Source: Chiloscyllium plagiosum
Lineage: Eukaryota
Assembly (NCBI RefSeq): GCF_004010195.1
Contig: NC_057717.1
Coordinates: forward strand, 104,941,904-105,005,903
DNA: 64,000 nt
Direction: 5' to 3'
Shown piece after piece: positions 13,430 to 24,910 of this stretch (within the stretch, counting starts at the first letter, position 1; every line of letters begins with the position of its first letter). The notes under the pieces were generated by a model. That model saw only the letters and a list, made by a program, of their open reading frames with translations, made no database searches and was not told the origin of the DNA. The translations under genes were made by a program, and so were the position numbers.

Positions 13430-14517
13430 TGTCATGCCCAGAGGGACAAAATGAGAGATCCTACACTGGTTTTCTTTAAAACAATATTATTTTGTTTGGA
13501 CATTTATTATATTGATATTTTGTTGGACTGACAACAGATCTGCTACTGATCACATGATGCCAGTTGACTATAATTTCCCAAAACTTCTGATCAGCAGTAA
13601 CCAGGGACAAAGGTTTACATAATTCTCCTGGAGTGTTATACGTATTGCAGCGTACAGACCTTTCAATTAAGAAACTGCAAAGATGTTTACACTCAGCCAG
13701 TTTGAAACAAAGGAAACCATTGAAATATATTACTCATGAGATGATCTGTACCATCATCTCCTTAAATACACAATGTTTTTTAACGAGTGACATCAAAACC
13801 ACCTCATTAACTGACTGCATCAACTGGGAGCCCTAGTCACATGATTGAAGCACTTGGTTTTGAACATGTTTTATTGTACAGTTTTGACATTGCTTTTCCT
13901 TAGTCTTCTTTTAACATCAGAACAGAAAACAGCCAAGCAACTTGGCTTAACTAATGCTTCCTCAAGTCTCAATCTCTCTCAAAAGTCTGATTTGTGGAAA
14001 GGCTCCTGCATTTTGCTTGAAAAGTGAATTATTTCCCCAGTCAGCAAAAACTATATCGCTATTCTTTCAAATGCAAACCACTGCATCCAAGGAATTACAA
14101 AAAGGAATTCTTCCTAACCAGCTGACTACAAACCTTTACTGGATGTTGACTTAAAAATCAAAGATACTGGCACTAATTTACATGTTTTTTAAGTAATGTG
14201 AAATCACATTATTTTCCTTTTCTCTTTTCTTCCTTGTATGCTTGTGTACATGTGTATATGTGTGTATTATGATTTATCTCCCAGGTTGAATGCTTGAATA
14301 AACAACTTTTCTTGTTTTAACCCTAAAGAGAGTTTATTGTAAGACATTTAAACATTTGACTTCACAAGCAGAGCATTTGGGGCAGGTGGGAGTGGTGTAG
14401 TGCAAATGCACCATGGCTTGTTTCGAAAGGGAAAATATAAGAACATAAATTTCAAACTCCTCAGTTATTAAGAGAAGTTTTGAAATTAAAATTCACTTTT
14501 CCCTTTTGTGCATGATA
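13430..14517. mobile_element. Possible solo LTR or TIR element, about 1.1 kb
   Basis: Imperfect inverted ends (tgtcatgcccagaggga versus tcccttttgtgcatgata) and an internal aataaa at about 14297. No TSD seen. Confidence 0.35.
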
Positions 14518-14589
14518 CTGTATGTGGAAAGACAGTGGTATATGGTATTGTCATTAGGCTGGTAATTCTAACCTAAAATCACTGTGCTG

Positions 14590-14800
14590 TCCATTCTTCA
14601 AACAGAACTATCGCGGAGCAGACAATAAGCCTGCTGAGGATAAGATTCGATGCTTGGATTAATCTGATAAAAGCCTTGCAACATAGTCCAAAAAGACTGT
14701 CCTACATAATCCTAATTTGCTGTGCTCTGCATAACTGGAACAGGTGAAGAAGGAATTTGAATGACCATGAAGATCTGGGAGACTGGCAACAGTGATCTGA
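14590..14800 (+). mobile_element. PIF/Harbinger transposase C-terminal remnant
   Basis: Frameshifted AEQTISLLRIRF/RCLD*...LQHSPKRLSYIILICCALHN matches the HARBI1-type C-terminus. Confidence 0.7.
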
Positions 14801-14814
14801 GTAGAAAGGTGATG

Positions 14815-15277
14815 GGGAGGTGGCGGCAATGCTTTAATGTCACTAGACCTTCATTCCTGAAGAAGGGCTTATGCCACAATGATTCTCCTGCTCCTCGGAT
14901 GCTGCCTGGCCTGCTGTGTTTTTCCAGCACCACACTTTTCAACTCTGGTCTCCAGCATCTGCAGTCCTCACTTTCTCCTTCAATCCAGAACGCCAAGCTA
15001 ATGAATTTGAATCTCATCATGGCAAATGGTTAAATTTGAATTCAATTTTTTAAAAATCTGGAATAAAGAACTGGCCTAATGGTAACCGTGAAACTATTGT
15101 CAATGTCACAAAAAGCCATCTGATTCACTAATGTCATTTAGGGATATGTCCTTACCTGATCTGGCCTTCATTTGACTCGAGACCCCAGCAGTACGGTTAA
15201 TGAACCTCTGAGCAATTAGGGAAAGGCAACAAATGCTGGCATAGCCAGAGATACCCACATCCCACGAATTAATAATA
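14815..15277 (+). mobile_element. Second-family tRNA-derived SINE, interrupted by the short PLE insertion
   Basis: taatgtcactagac...aatccaga head and aaatgctggcatagccagagatacccacatcccacgaat tail. Related copies lie at about 4025-4565, 34880-35265 and 58700-59035 (all minus). Confidence 0.7.
14854..14976 (+). mobile_element. Short PLE pseudo-LTR insertion (family A, hammerhead-headed)
   Basis: Starts ttcCTGAAGAagggcttatgcc and ends ctcactttct. TSD ccttca at 14848-14853 and 14977-14982. Confidence 0.85.
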
Positions 15278-15556
15278 GCTATTTATTTTCCTCTTCATTA
15301 TGTTTCCATCTGGCAATGAGCTTTAACATTCAATTGTTTTGTACATAAACCAGTAGAACTCTCAAAATACTTCCACCAATTCATTGTATTCATTACTCAC
15401 TCTGAGTACTGAAAAGGAACACACTACATAATGGCTTTCTGGTCCACCTAACTATCTGTGCACCACAAAATTACTGGAAATAGCTTGAATTACAATATAA
15501 AGCTGATCTTCCCGCAACAACTAATTTCTAACCTACAGCAATAAAGTCTACTCTTT

Positions 15557-15652
15557 TGGGGTGGCACAGTGGCTACTATTGCTGCCTCACAGCACCATGA
15601 ACCCAGGTTCAATTCCATCCTCAGGCAACTGTCTGTGTGGAGTTTGCACATT
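15557..15652 (+). mobile_element. HE1-type SINE, 5' part; the 3' part is at about 16655-16880
   Basis: Ends at gtttgcacatt. The continuation ttctctccatgcctgcgt follows the CR1 tail. Confidence 0.8.
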
Positions 15653-16654
15653 GGCAAATTAGCAGGCAGTAGGGTGCCACTGGGATCGGTGCTGGGACCC
15701 CAGCTAGTCATAATATATCTCATGGTTTGATGATGGAACAAAATGTAACATCTTAAAGTGTGCAGATGACACCAAGTTGGGTGGGAGGGTGAACTGTGAT
15801 GAGGATACAGAGATCCTCCGACATGATCTGGACAGGTTGGGTGAGTGCGCAAATCATTGGTAGATGCAGTATAATTTGGATAAATCTGAGGTTATTCACT
15901 TTGGAAGCAAAGACAAGAAGACAGATTACTACCTGAATGGCTGTAAATTGGGAGAGGGAGTGTGCAGTGGGACCTGGGTGTCCTTGTGCACCAGTCACTG
16001 AAGGTATTTATTCAGGTGCAGCAAGCAGTAAAGAAGACAAATGGTATGTTGGCCTTCACTGTGAGAGGTTTTGAGTACAGGAACAGGGCTGTGTTGTCAC
16101 AGTTATGCAGGACCTTGGTGAGGCCACACCTAGAATATTGTGTGCAGTTTGGTCTCCTTTGCTGAGAAAGGATGCTCTTGCTCTTGATGGAGTGCAGCAA
16201 CAGTTTACCAGGCTGATTCTGGGAATGGCAGGGCTGACATATGAGGAGAAATTGGCTAGGTTAGCATTGTTTTCGCTGGAGTTCAGATGAATGTGGGGGA
16301 CTCTCATAGAGACTTATAAAATTCTAACAGGACTAGATGGGGTAGATGCAGGGAGGATGTTCTCAATGGTGGATGTGTCCAGAACCTGGGCTCACAGTCT
16401 GAGGATTCGGGGTAGACCATTTAAGATGGAGATGAGACATTTCTCCACCCAGAGTGATGAGCCTGTGGAATTCGTTTCCACAGGAAGTAGGTGATGCCAA
16501 AACACTGAATGTACTCAAAAGGCACTTGGGGTGAATAGGGTCAAAGTTAGAGGGAGAAAGCAGGATTAGGCTATTGAGTTGGATGATCATGATGAATGGC
16601 AGAGCAGGCTCAAAGGACCGAATGGCCACCTCTTGCTCCTATCTCCTATGTATC
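15653..16654 (+). mobile_element. CR1 LINE 3' portion inserted in a SINE
   Basis: GVPLGSVLGP, ADDTKLG and RPHLEYCVQF motifs plus 3' UTR. Confidence 0.9.
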
Positions 16655-16880
16655 TCTTCTCTCCATGCCTGCGTAGGTTTCTTCCTACAGTCCAGTGTGG
16701 GGTGGGTGGACTGGCTATACTAAATTGCCCAAAGTGTTCAGGTATGTGCAGGCTAGGTGGATTAGCCATGGGAAATGCAGGGCTAAGGCAGCAGGGTGGT
16801 CTGAGAGAGATGCTCTTCACAGAGTCGGTGTGGACCCAATAGCAGAATGGCCTGCTTCCACACTAAAGGTTTTATGATTT
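16655..16880 (+). mobile_element. HE1-type SINE, 3' part
   Basis: taaattgccc...gaatggcctgcttccacact tail. Confidence 0.75.
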
Positions 16881-18046
16881 TGCTTGTTGATATAAAACAG
16901 CACTTAAGAGACCTGTCCAGTTATTAAAGAGGGGCAGGAATAATCCCTAGGTTTGAGGGGCAAAAGATTAATTCTTCCAGTATAGTAAACACACTTGTGA
17001 TTGCATATACCTCACTTCAGCACTGAGCTCAAACTACTAAAGTTATTGGAAGTTGACTAAATTAGTATTAACAAATTCATTTATTATTTTCTCCCATCTT
17101 TTTCTGACCTTCACTTTTAGATGTGCTGATATTTTGCTGAATACAAGCTGTTGGACACCTACAGCACTCTAGCACCTAACTCAGACATCAAATGTCATGC
17201 TTGAGGTCTGACAATGAATATAGGTAAAATACTTCAATTTGGGTCATTGCCAAATCTAATCCAAATGTTGTCCACACATATGCATGCATCAACAAGCATC
17301 AGTATTAAATAACAAACTCCAGTTCCACTGGGAGGTTCAAACTTATAATGAACACATTGCAGGGATTGGAGACTAGAATTTGGATGGAATCTATATTGAA
17401 TATCAGAAACCTGAGAGTAAATGTTGACTGGAATCTGAGTAAAAGGTTTCAGATGATATACATATGGAATAAAGAATATCTAGGAGCAATTTATGGGCGA
17501 GAATCTAAATGTGCCTTCTCAGTTATTTATAAACTATTGAATCACTTAGAAGGTGCTACACATAGAATCTAATCAACAAATTCAATAACTGTCAACTGAA
17601 CAAAAGGTCCAATGTAAATAGGGAAAAGCAGTGATGTAATGGCAAGTTAGAAAACATGTTGAAGGCCAATTTGATACCCTTAAATTAATTAATCTTCAGG
17701 CACAAGATACTGTTCAAATAAAAAAATGTTTTAGACTGAACTGCAGTTCTATAGGTTGTTAAAACAGATTACGAGAGAAGGTGCTGCAATTATGTTTGCT
17801 TAGTTTTCCCAAGCAGGTTGCTGGCCTTACTTGCTTTCTTCGTATTCTACATTATCTGCATGAGTTATAGTGTAAGCTTGGTGTAAGATGTTAGGCATGG
17901 GGGAGAAGAATTATTTAACCATTCACTTAATCCTATCTATTTGTTTTAGATGTATAAAACACAATATATCAGGGTTTCCAAGAAAGAAAAGAATTACAGA
18001 ACTGGATTAGTCCACCTCTAAAATTATTGCATCCCACTTAAAGTTT

Positions 18047-18418
18047 GGCATGTTGGCTCAGTGATTAGCACTGTTACCTCACAGCACCAGGGACCCGGGT
18101 TCAATTCCACCCTTGGGAGACTGTCTGTATGGCGTTTGCATGTTCTCCCCATGTCTGTGTAGGTTTCCACTGGGCGCTCCGTTTTCCTCCCATAGTTCAA
18201 AGATGTGTAAGTTAGGTGAATTCTAGTGCATGTCTCTGTTTGGCTTGTCCTAGGATAGATGTGTTAAGGGATGTGCAGACTAGATGGGTTAGCCATGGGA
18301 TATGCAGGGTTACAGGAATAGGTTAGGAGATAAGTCTGGATGGGATGCTCTACAGAGGGTCAGGGTGGACCAGTTGGGCTAAATGGTCTGTTTCTACACT
18401 GTAGGATTCTATGATTCT
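18047..18418 (+). mobile_element. HE1-type SINE, older subfamily
   Basis: A and B boxes, V-domain and gattctatgattct tail. Confidence 0.85.
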
Positions 18419-18765
18419 TACTAACCATTACACTTAACAACCAAAAGAACTGCAAATGCTGTAAATCAAAAACAAAAACAGAAGTTGCTGGAAAAGCTCA
18501 GCAGGTCTGGCAGCATCTATAAAGAGAAATCAAAATGAACATTTCAGATCCATCCTCGGAACTGATGCCAGCTAGAAAAATGTTGGTTTATATGCAGAAG
18601 ATAGGGTGGGATGAGGGGCAAAGAGTAAACGATAGGCCAAAGAGAGAGAACAATAGTTGGACAGACAAAGAAGTTGCTAACAATTTGGCTGGGACGTAAA
18701 TAGCTGTTAATGGAGACTGTTAGTGGCTAACAATAGATAGCGTGTAATGGCAGACTATATGATAA

Positions 18766-18939
18766 AAAGCACAGCCGGTCAAGCAGCATCTGAGGAGCAG
18801 GAGTGTCAACATTCTGAGCGTGTGCTCCTGATGAAGAGCTCAAAACATTCACTCTTCTGCTCCTCAGATGCAGCATGACCAGTTGTGCTTTTCCAGCACC
18901 ACACTTTCCGTCTCCAGTATCTGCAGACCTCACTTTTTC
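18766..18939 (+). mobile_element. Fold-back short PLE pseudo-LTR insertion (family A)
   Basis: Inverted arms around ctgatga (18828-18834). TSD ctatatgataa (18755-18765) and ctatgtgataa (18940-18950). Confidence 0.8.
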
Positions 18940-19100
18940 CTATGTGATAACAAGACCTGGTGTGTGTGGTAGGGGGCTAGGACATAGGGGAGTTCAGGCC
19001 CTAAAATCATTGAACTCGATATTGAATCTGGAAGGTGCTGGAGTCATCAAGTGAAAACTTAGGTGTTATTCTTCCAGCTTGCACTGAGCTTCGCTGGAAC

Positions 19101-19458
19101 GGCACGGTGGCCCAGTGGGCAGCACGGTGGCCCAGTGGGCGGCACGGTGGCACAGTGGTTAGCACTGTTGCCTCACAGCGCCAGAGACCCGGGTTCAATT
19201 CCCGCCTCAGGCGACTGACTGTGTGGAGTTTGCACGTTCTCCCCGTGTCTGCGTGGGTTTCCTCCGGGTGCTCCGGTTTCCTCCCACAGTCCAAAGATGT
19301 GCAGGGCCAGGTGAATTGGCCATACTAAATTGCCCGTAGTGTTAGGTAAGGGGTAAATGTAGGGGTATGGGTGGGTTTCGCTTCGGCAGGTCGGTGTCGA
19401 CTTGTTGGGCCGAAGGGCCTGTTTCCACACTGTAATGTAATCTAATCTAAAAAAAAAC
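19101..19458 (+). mobile_element. Full-length young HE1-type V-SINE with a triplicated 20-bp head
   Basis: Complete A box, B box, V-domain and TCTAA/poly-A tail; inserted in the PLE. Confidence 0.93.
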
Positions 19459-21090
19459 ACTTCAGCAAACCTGGGACAGAGATGTTGGTCAGGGAACAGG
19501 GTGGTGTGTTAAAACGGCAAGCAACTGGAAGCTCAGGGTCTTTTTGTAGGTAGAACATAATTGTTCAGTGAAGCAGTCACCCAGTCTACGCTTTGTTTCC
19601 CCAATATGGAGAAGAGCACATTGTGAGCAGTGGATGCAGTAGAGTAAATTGTGAAAAGTGCAGGTAAAGTGCTGCTTCACCTGGAAGATAGTTTGGGCCC
19701 TTGGATACTGAGGGAAAGAGGAGGTCAATGGGCAGGTATTCTATCTTTGGTGATTGCAGGGGAAGGTGCCATAGGGCTGTGGGGCAGTGTTGGACATTTT
19801 TGAAGAGTAAACAGGGTGTCCCAAGGGAACAGACCCTGTGGAACACAGACGAGGGAGGGGAGGGGATTATGTTCTGGTGGTGGCATCTCACTAGAGGTGG
19901 TAGAAATGGTGGCTGATGATCTTCTGGATATGGGTGCTGGTGGGATGGTACGTAAGGGCAAGTGGAACCCTATCACTGTTGTGGGAAGGGAGAGAGGAGG
20001 TGAGGACGGAAGTGCGGGAGATGGATCAGACCTGGTTGAGAGCCCTGTCAACAATGTTGCAGGGGAATCATTGGTCGAGGAAGAAGGTGGACATTTCGGA
20101 GGATCCCTTGTCGAAGTTGACCTTCTCAGAACATATGCAATGGAGACAGAGGAACTAGGAGAATCAAATAGACTCTTTACAGGAAACAGGGTGCAAGGAT
20201 ATATTGTCAAGATAGCTGAGGGAGTCAGTGGGTTTAAAATGGATATTAGTGCCCTGCCTATCTCCAGAAATGGAAAGAGAGATGTCGAAGAAGGGAAGAG
20301 TGGAGTCAGAGATAGACCAGATGAAAGCAAGGGTGGGATGGAAACTAGAAGAGAGAACGATGAACCTTTCCAACTCCAGATGAAAAAGGGAAGCAGCATC
20401 GATGTCAGATGAAGAATTGTGTGTGGAGGCCAGACTCGGGCTGGAACAAGGAATGTTCCACATACCCCACAAAGAGACAGGCATAACTGGGGCCAAAGCA
20501 AGTACCTGGCCACCCCTCTGACCTGAAGTCATTTAAGTTGTTTCAGTTCCTCTCCTAAAGTATGGAGTCTTGTGGAGATGCAAGCTATATACACTGGCAA
20601 ACCTCGATGATTCCATAAAGGTAGCCTATGTAAGTCTAGACAGGATTCATGTGGTCAGCTATCTCTTAGGGCTCTTGTGGCTAAACTAGTTCCTGTCCTT
20701 ATTCTAAACTGGCCAATGTTCCAGCAAAGATCACCAAGTACTCTTTGCAGACAAAAGCAGCTGATTTTATTCCCTTCTGTGACAAATGAATACTTTGTAG
20801 CATTAGTATGGATTCTTACCTTGCCTACTGAGATGAATAAACCAAGAAACAAAACATGCATTTCTACTATTTATGGCTCAGTATCACATTAGCTGTTCAT
20901 TTAATTCTCATTAGCACTCTTCAAATCAACATATTAGAAAATGCAAATAACAGAACATGAGAATATGACTGTAATTTAATCCTCGGTTAATCTGATGAAA
21001 ACTTGTCCTTTATTCTTACGACAAATGTCTAGAACAAACTGCAGCATCATCCAAACTTCCACACACAAACTTTCAGATGCAAAAACGTAC

Positions 21091-21240
21091 TGTTGCTATC
21101 AAAGCACGCTTTATGAAATTTTCCCATGTAAAATTCTAATCCAATGATTGCAAACATGAGAATGGCGAAGAAAAGTAGCAATCCAATCTGAAGCAGGGGG
21201 ATCATTGCCTTCATGATGGACTTGAGTACAACTTGTAAAC
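21091..21240 (-). CDS. CACNA1A: Cav2 alpha-1 coding exon (exon 5 equivalent), IS4-S5 linker and IS5, 150 bp
   Basis: tacatttcag|GT TTA CAA...AGC AAC A|gtacgt encodes [50 protein letters not shown]. Phase matches both neighbouring exons. Confidence 0.93.
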
Positions 21241-21593
21241 CTGAAATGTAAAGTAATACCAATCAGATCAGACTTTTTGTAAATCATCCCTAACAGATAG
21301 CTTACATCTTCCATTTTATACATTTTACATGATAGTTCTACTCACTAAGATATGGCATATCACTTTCTGCACGTGAGCAGGTAAAAGCATCCAATTTACT
21401 AAACACTAGAAAGCCATCAGAATTTCACTATTAGGAATTTCAAAATGGCAGTCACCTAAAGTTGACAAGGTCCATCTTTACACACTTTATGTCAAATTCC
21501 AATAACATTACTGGGATCCAACCTAAATTTAAAAGGTGAAAAAAATCTATGCTTTCATTTTGCAATGTTTATTTGCTCTTCTGAACTCTAATC

Positions 21594-21640
21594 TATTGTA
21601 TTCACTTCTCTTATCATGGATAAGAGAAGTGAATACAATA
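21594..21640. repeat. Perfect 22-bp inverted repeat with a 3-nt loop in intron 4
   Basis: tattgtattcacttctcttatc-atg-gataagagaagtgaatacaata; the arms are exact reverse complements. Confidence 0.95.
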
Positions 21641-21941
21641 CCCTGTTTCCTGAACATCAGATGCAAAATGGGCAAAGCATAAATTGGCATTAAGCTTGAC
21701 TGGAAAGTATTGAAAAGCAAATTTCCAGATCATTTTCTGCCTGTTTGAACTTAAAATTTGGAACTTCTAGCAGCTTTAAGAATCAGAGATTTGACATATT
21801 ATATTCACTAAAGTAAGGCTCAAGGCCACATTCCACCAATTTGTAATTAATCACGTTAGAATAGAAGGATCAAATGTACCATAGAATTATTCTTGGAATC
21901 CTTATCTTAAAAACATATCCTAACGCAGATGTAATACCTAC

Positions 21942-22033
21942 TTGGAATTCCAGAAACCAACTTCAAGGGTCGAAGGACTCGAACTGCACGTAATGTTCGA
22001 AGATCGAATTCTGCCCCTGTTGTAGCAACAATA
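21942..22033 (-). CDS. CACNA1A: Cav2 calcium channel alpha-1 coding exon (human exon 4 equivalent), domain I S3 end and S4 voltage sensor, 92 bp
   Basis: Minus strand ttttcttttccag|T ATT GTT GCT...ATT CCA A|gtaggt encodes (G)[30 protein letters not shown](S), the Cav2 IS4 motif. Phase 2 to phase 1. Not in the ORF track. Confidence 0.93.
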
Positions 22034-22914
22034 CTGGAAAAGAAAATATATGACATGTTTTATTTATACACAACTACATATGTGAGTTGTAGCTCCACAC
22101 TGCACTGTACATATACGTCAAGATTCATGTTGGCTACAGGACACAAGAAGGAAATTTTTTCCTGCATGATATAAATGCTGGGCTGGTTGCATCTCAGCAA
22201 AAAGCTTCTTCCCAATTTCTTCATCTCATTTAAAAGCACAAACTCATGCTAGGTTACAGTTCCTCAAGTAAGCAAGAACACTTCTCATATGACAGTGTGT
22301 TTGTTTTTTTTCTGGAGTAATGGAATAAGTGGAAAGACATCACATTCAAATTAATGCAATTGTAGAATGATGATAGCCTAGGCAGAAGCCATTCAACCCA
22401 TGGTGTCTATGTTAGATCTCTGTAAGATTAATTCAACTCATTCCCCCTCCCACACATTTCTCCCACAGCCTTACAAATTATTTCTCTAAGAGTACTTAAC
22501 CAATTCCCTTATCAAAGCCAAAATTTTATTTGCCTTCACCACCATGTCAAGTATTACCTTCCTGATCCAATCTATTTGCCATATACAAAGATTTTCCTTC
22601 CACCATTGTTTGTTTCTTTGCCAAAAACCTTGATCCTGATCCTCTTATTCCATCCATTGAAGGGACCAATTTTCTCTCTATTCACTCTGTTTAGATCATG
22701 ATTTTGAAAGCTTCCACCAAATCGCCACTGAATATCCACTTTTCTAAGGAGGACAATCCCAGATTCATGTGACTAAATCTGAATATTTAATTACTGGAAC
22801 CATTCTTCAAAATCTTTTCCAAGCCCTTGCTACAGCCCTCAGTGTTCCTAAATTGCAGCGCCCAGAATTGGACAGAATGGGCTGAATCTTATATTTTCCT
22901 GGCTAAGTGCTGGT

Positions 22915-23242
22915 TGAATTGAATTAAATATAAAACCTATAGTATGGAAACAGGCCATTTGGCCTAACAAGTCCACACTGATCCTCTGAAGAGTAACCCA
23001 CCCATTCTTCCACCATATTGCACTAGATTTACCCCTTACTAATGCACTTACCCTACATATCCCTATTGCTCTAGATTTACTCCTTAATGCACCTAACATG
23101 CACATCTTTGGACTGTGGGAGGAAACCTACATAGACACGGGGAAAATGTGCCAACTCCACACACAGTCTCTTGAGGCTGGAATCAAACTCAGGTCCCTGG
23201 CACTGTGAGGCAGCAGTGCTAACCACTGAGCCACCATGCCAC
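22915..23242 (-). mobile_element. HE1-type SINE; an old minus-strand LINE 3' fragment lies at about 22360-22900
   Basis: Reverse complement shows the tRNA head (gtggcatggtggctcagtggttagc) and the ggcctgtttcca tail. Confidence 0.85.
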
Positions 23243-23439
23243 ATGGAGGGATTTTTTTGTCACAAAGCCTAGCACTTGTCGTATCTTACCAAACTTACCT
23301 CATTAACTACCTAGCATGCCCTTATTGTGTCAGTCATGTTCAATTAGCACACTGTTCCCAGAACAATTCACCATCCAATGATGATCTGCTGTAAGATTGG
23401 CATCTCCAGTCCATGCCATCTTTAAAAGGCTGCTGTGCA

Positions 23440-23740
23440 TCTGGACAAGCACGGACATACTGCAAGTTGCCCCTGCTTGGTTAAGGAGCTTTCCAGAAGG
23501 TGCTGGAATAAGAGAAGAACGGCATTGCAACCCACTGATCGGAACCTGGCGGCCCTGACTGAGGGGTATGATGTGAAGGAAATGACACCTCTTCCTGACT
23601 AGAAGAGGAGGCCATATCATCAGACCCTGGCAGCCTGGTCTGACATCACCACTCAGCTTAATGCCATCTTCACAGGTGCTAACAAATGACCAGTAGTGCC
23701 ATAAAAGATCAATGAACTCCACTGCGTCAGAGTAAGTGCC
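23440..23740 (+). mobile_element. Possible Harbinger Myb/SANT ORF relic
   Basis: Degenerate ...cagtagtgccataaaagatcaatgaactc resembles QCxKKxNDL and is followed by gtaagt. Very decayed. Confidence 0.35.
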
Positions 23741-24323
23741 ATAGTCTTGTCTCTGCTACCTCACACTTACACTATCGCTAAAACTGTAGCCCCTTCCACC
23801 AAGGCTCATTCTCACTGTTGCCTGCAACATTTTCCCTCATCTGCTCAAATTCCTCTTCAAACCCCATACAATTAACCCTGCATGGTTTTGACATAGTCAC
23901 TTGGGACAACTCATCACCTTTTCCCTTATTTGCATAAGACTAACTGCTACACTACTTTCATCTCATTCAAATCTTCCTTTTCTCTCATTACATGAGAAAA
24001 CAGCCCAATAAATGGAAACAGGGAAACATAGAAAATAGAAGCAGGAGTTGGCCATCCAGTCTTTCAGGCCTGCTCCACTATTCAATATGGTCATGACCGA
24101 TCATCTAACTCAGTATTTGTCAACTTTAGTCACGTTAATTTCTTTAATACTACTTTATTTATACTAATAATGATTTCTTCCAGTCCCCCATTCTCACTAG
24201 CCTTTTGAATCTATTATTTCTAAGAGATTATTTGTTTCTTCGCCTGTGAAGTAGACTCTACTATGAAGTAGATTCAAGATCCTAGTTTTGGATCGAATTA
24301 CATAGTTTTCAAATAGAATGGAA

Positions 24324-24836
24324 GGATGTTGTGAGACTTGATAGGGTTCAGAAAAGATTTACAAGGATGTTGCCAGGGTTGGAGGATTTGAGCTATAGGA
24401 AGAGGTTGAATAGGCTGGGGCTGTTTTCCCTGGAGCGTCAGAGGCTGAGGGGTGACCTTATAGAGGTTTATAAAATCATAAGGGGCATGGATAGGGTAAA
24501 TAGACAAGGTCTTTTCCCTGGGGTGGGGGATTACAGAACTAGGGGACATAGGTTTAGGATGAGAAGGGAAAGCTATAAAAGAGACCTAAGTGGCAGTATT
24601 TTCACGCAGAGGGTGGTAAGTGTATGGAATGAGCTGCCAGAGGAAGTAGTGGAGGCTAGTACAATTGCAACATTTAAAAATCATCTGGATGGATGTATGA
24701 AAAGGAAGGGTTTAGAGGGATATGGGCCAGGTGCTGGCGAGTGGGTCTAGATTAGATTGGGATATCTGGTCAGCATGGACGAGTTTGACAGAAGGGTCTG
24801 TTTCTGTGCTGTCCTTCTCTGTGTCTCTATGACTCT
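24324..24836 (+). mobile_element. HER1/CR1 LINE 3' end
   Basis: RVQKRFTRMLPGL...FTQRVVSVWNELP; ctatgactct tail; TSD aatggaa at 24317-24323 and 24837-24843. Confidence 0.92.
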
Positions 24837-24910
24837 AATGGAAAATTTTATCACATTCATGGTCACTGCTTCCTAAAAGTCTTTTTATTTGCAACAAGGT
24901 TATTTATTGA

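Larger units (their letters stand above)
18440..20525 (-). mobile_element. Penelope-like element (Neptune-like): RT C-terminal half, GIY-YIG endonuclease and pseudo-LTR, with two nested insertions
   Basis: LPFFDISLSI...HFKPTDSLSYLD and NLLYCIHCSQCALLHIGETKRRLGDCFTEQL (GIY-YIG); frameshifted. Confidence 0.9.

Noticed and set aside
20820..20827. Possible 5- or 8-nt micro-exon on the minus strand (ctcag|tag|gcaag|gtaaga)
   Set aside because: Frame-shifting and no known Cav2 equivalent.
22070..22090. Short imperfect palindrome acaactacatatgtgagttgt near the exon 4 acceptor
   Set aside because: About 10 bp with a bulge in AT-rich DNA; compatible with chance.
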